Source of the DNA: Eledone cirrhosa
Taxonomy: Eukaryota
Length of the DNA: 64,000 nt
Reading direction: 5' to 3'
Assembly: GCA_964016885.1 (NCBI GenBank)
Contig: OZ024752.1
Span: forward strand, 2,108,001 to 2,172,000
Shown here in pieces: positions 61,741 through 64,000 of the stretch. Both the position numbers and the translations under genes were made by a program. The number at the start of each line of letters is the position of its first letter. The first letter of the stretch is position 1. Below the pieces are notes generated by a model, which saw only the letters and a program-made list of their open reading frames with translations, was not told where the DNA came from and made no database searches.

Positions 61741-62464
61741 CATGTGGTAATATTTAAAATCCTGTTGCTTAGCAACGGTTGAGGCAAATGAAATGTTGTT
61801 ATTGTTGTTGTTGGTAGTGATGATGATGGTCTCATTTGTTTTCTTTTCACTGATTTTTGTTGTTGTATTGTTGTTGTTGTTGTTCTCATTTATTGTGTTG
61901 TTATTGTTGTTGCTTGTGGTGGTATTAGTTTTTGCTACACATTCTCCCTTCTGTGTGTGGATATATGTGGCGTTTGTGACGTCAGTAGTGTTCAGTTGCT
62001 TAGAAGCAACTGAAGCTTGTTCCTCATCTAAATATTGAGGCAATAGTATTGGCATTCCTTTGTTCTTGTCTGCTACTATCTGCTGGTCAAGTAGGCATGG
62101 CTTTCCCTTCCCATCTTCTTGTATTGTCAAGGAAGAATGTGCCTTCGCTTCGGCCATTTTTTTAAATTGAAGTGTTTCGCAAAACTTTTTTCCGAAAATA
62201 TATTGGATGTTTTTGCATTGAGCAGCACGATATTTTGGGAGATTGACCAGATCAAAATTTGACCTGTCAGTCCCTCTACAAATTGGTGTAAAAATAAAAG
62301 TTCTAAATGACGGATATATAGATAGATAAATCGATAGGAAGGTAGGTAGGTGGGTATATATGTGTGTGTGCGTGTGTGTAAAAGGTAAACAACAATGACA
62401 ACACAATCGGTACAGTATATTAAAAACATATATTACGTTAAGGCTTGAAATAGCAGGAAGATGG

Positions 62465-62500
62465 TCTTAACGTTTCGGACGATAGTCCTTCATCAGAAGA
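62465..62500 (-). ncRNA. Canonical minimal PLE-type hammerhead ribozyme
   Basis: tctt CTGATGA aggac-tatc-gtcc GAAA cg TT aaga. Confidence 0.85.
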
Positions 62501-63259
62501 AAGAAGGATAAATTAGAAAGATTGAAAGGACGGGCGGGTGGAATCGGAAAAAATGCTTTTAGAGAAAAATAACAAGTCCTTTCATGTTACCATCTCTTGG
62601 AAATCTGTTGATGCTGGCGTTTTGTGTATGATACACATTTTTTCAGAAAAGTGGATGATGGAGCGCGTCTACCGGAAATGGAAAAAAAAACATTTTGTAT
62701 ATAGAGCTATACTTGTGTGCGTGGGTATGCGTGTGGATGTGCTATTACACGTCCGTACGAAGCTAAGACGATATGTGTGTGTATATGTAAGTAAATGAGT
62801 GTGTATTTGTAAGTACGAAGCTGTGTGCAAAAGTATGTTGATATAAGGGTATGTGAGTATACAGAGCTGTGAAGGGAAACGTGGAGTGTGCGTATTTTGT
62901 TGGTCTGTATCAGGTGACATATTATATGTTTCTGACCATAAGAGAGCCATAGGAATCTAGAGGTGGATATACAAGAAATTGGGGAGGGGAGTTGCGTCCA
63001 TGAGAGGAACAGGACCCAAATCAGTGAATCAGACTCTGTTTCGTCCTGGTGCACAAGGCCTGTGATCCGTGATGTAAAAACGACAACGAGGACTGAGACA
63101 TGTAGGGAAGAGTGACCTGGGGAATGCAAATGACGGGCGACGGGAGTACCCAAACGGAAACGTATTCCCCACAAATGTATATATAAGTATGTAATAAAGA
63201 TACTATTTATAGTTATGTATATACTATACTATAAATAACTATAAACAGGAAAGGTCAGT

Positions 63260-63990
63260 AATTAATTACTACCTTATTACCAGTAAGAGAAATAGCTCAA
63301 TGTAAGAACATCAGGTGTTTTAGAGAGCAGGAATATAAATTAGACAAGTATCAAAGTTAAGTTCAAATAAGTCAATCGCTGACAATTGTTTCTTCCAAAC
63401 TTTAGTTTGGAGTCATCGGAGCATCATCAATGTTTGTACATATAATTAACCTCCTATTCAACTGAAGAATCATATAGATACATATATATTGATGTTGTGA
63501 ACAACAGTTTCATGTTTACGGGGTGGATTTGATGCCACATATATTATACGAGAAATGTACAATAATTCAAAATAAGATTAAAATTAAAATTAAAATTAAA
63601 AGCACAGAGTGGAATACATGCGACAGATAATACAAGAGAATAGTCTAATAATTAAAGAGGCATTGAGGAAGCGTGTATAGATTGTACATGCGTCAGTCAT
63701 ATATATGGGAAGGAAACAAGCACATGTATTAGGCATATAGGAGTACTATATGGCAGGGTATTACATAAAATACAAGCACTTTAAGCGAATATGTTGGTGT
63801 ATTATGGAGCAAGGAATGCGAGGATAGTTTCTGTCTAGTTCATTTTTTTATGAAACCCTTGTTCACAACATCAATATATATGAATCTATATGACTCGTCA
63901 GTTGAATAGGAGGTTAATTATATGTACAAACATTGATAATGCTCCGATGACCCTAAACGAAAGTTTGGAAGAAACAATTATCAGCGATTA
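63260..63990. mobile_element. Hairpin pLTR element (arms about 63374-63515 / 63850-63990) with U4C HHRs at 63377-63423 (-) and 63940-63986 (+, degenerate)
   Basis: Minus: tgct CCGATGA ctccaaact-aa-agtttggaa GAAA caattg TC agcg; diverged inverted arms. Confidence 0.75.
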
Positions 63991-64000
63991 AATGATTTGG

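Overview
Eukaryotic, extremely AT-rich, repeat-dominated DNA; SINE cores and repeat style suggest a cephalopod (octopus-like) genome, which is inference. No host protein-coding gene can be supported. Most ORF-track entries are artefacts of (TA)n/(TATG)n/(CA)n microsatellites. The microsatellites are packed with retroelements. These include a full-length two-ORF CR1/L2-group LINE (about 32.1-36.6 kb), degraded CR1-like, RTE-like and L1/Tx1-like LINE fragments, SINE remnants, and many Penelope-like element (PLE) derivatives. The PLE derivatives are mostly head-to-head inverted repeats, including a 5.3 kb near-perfect palindrome of a Naiad-type PLE. The main hidden signal is more than 20 minimal type I hammerhead ribozyme (HHR) motifs from about a dozen sequence families, read by eye, several with family-specific core variants (U3:A8, U4C, C3A). 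Two non-coding tandem arrays (468 bp and 476 bp units) carry one HHR per unit and resemble retrozymes that could make circular RNA. The intact LINE has an AUG-less ORF2 overlapping ORF1 in the -1 frame across two canonical slippery heptamers.
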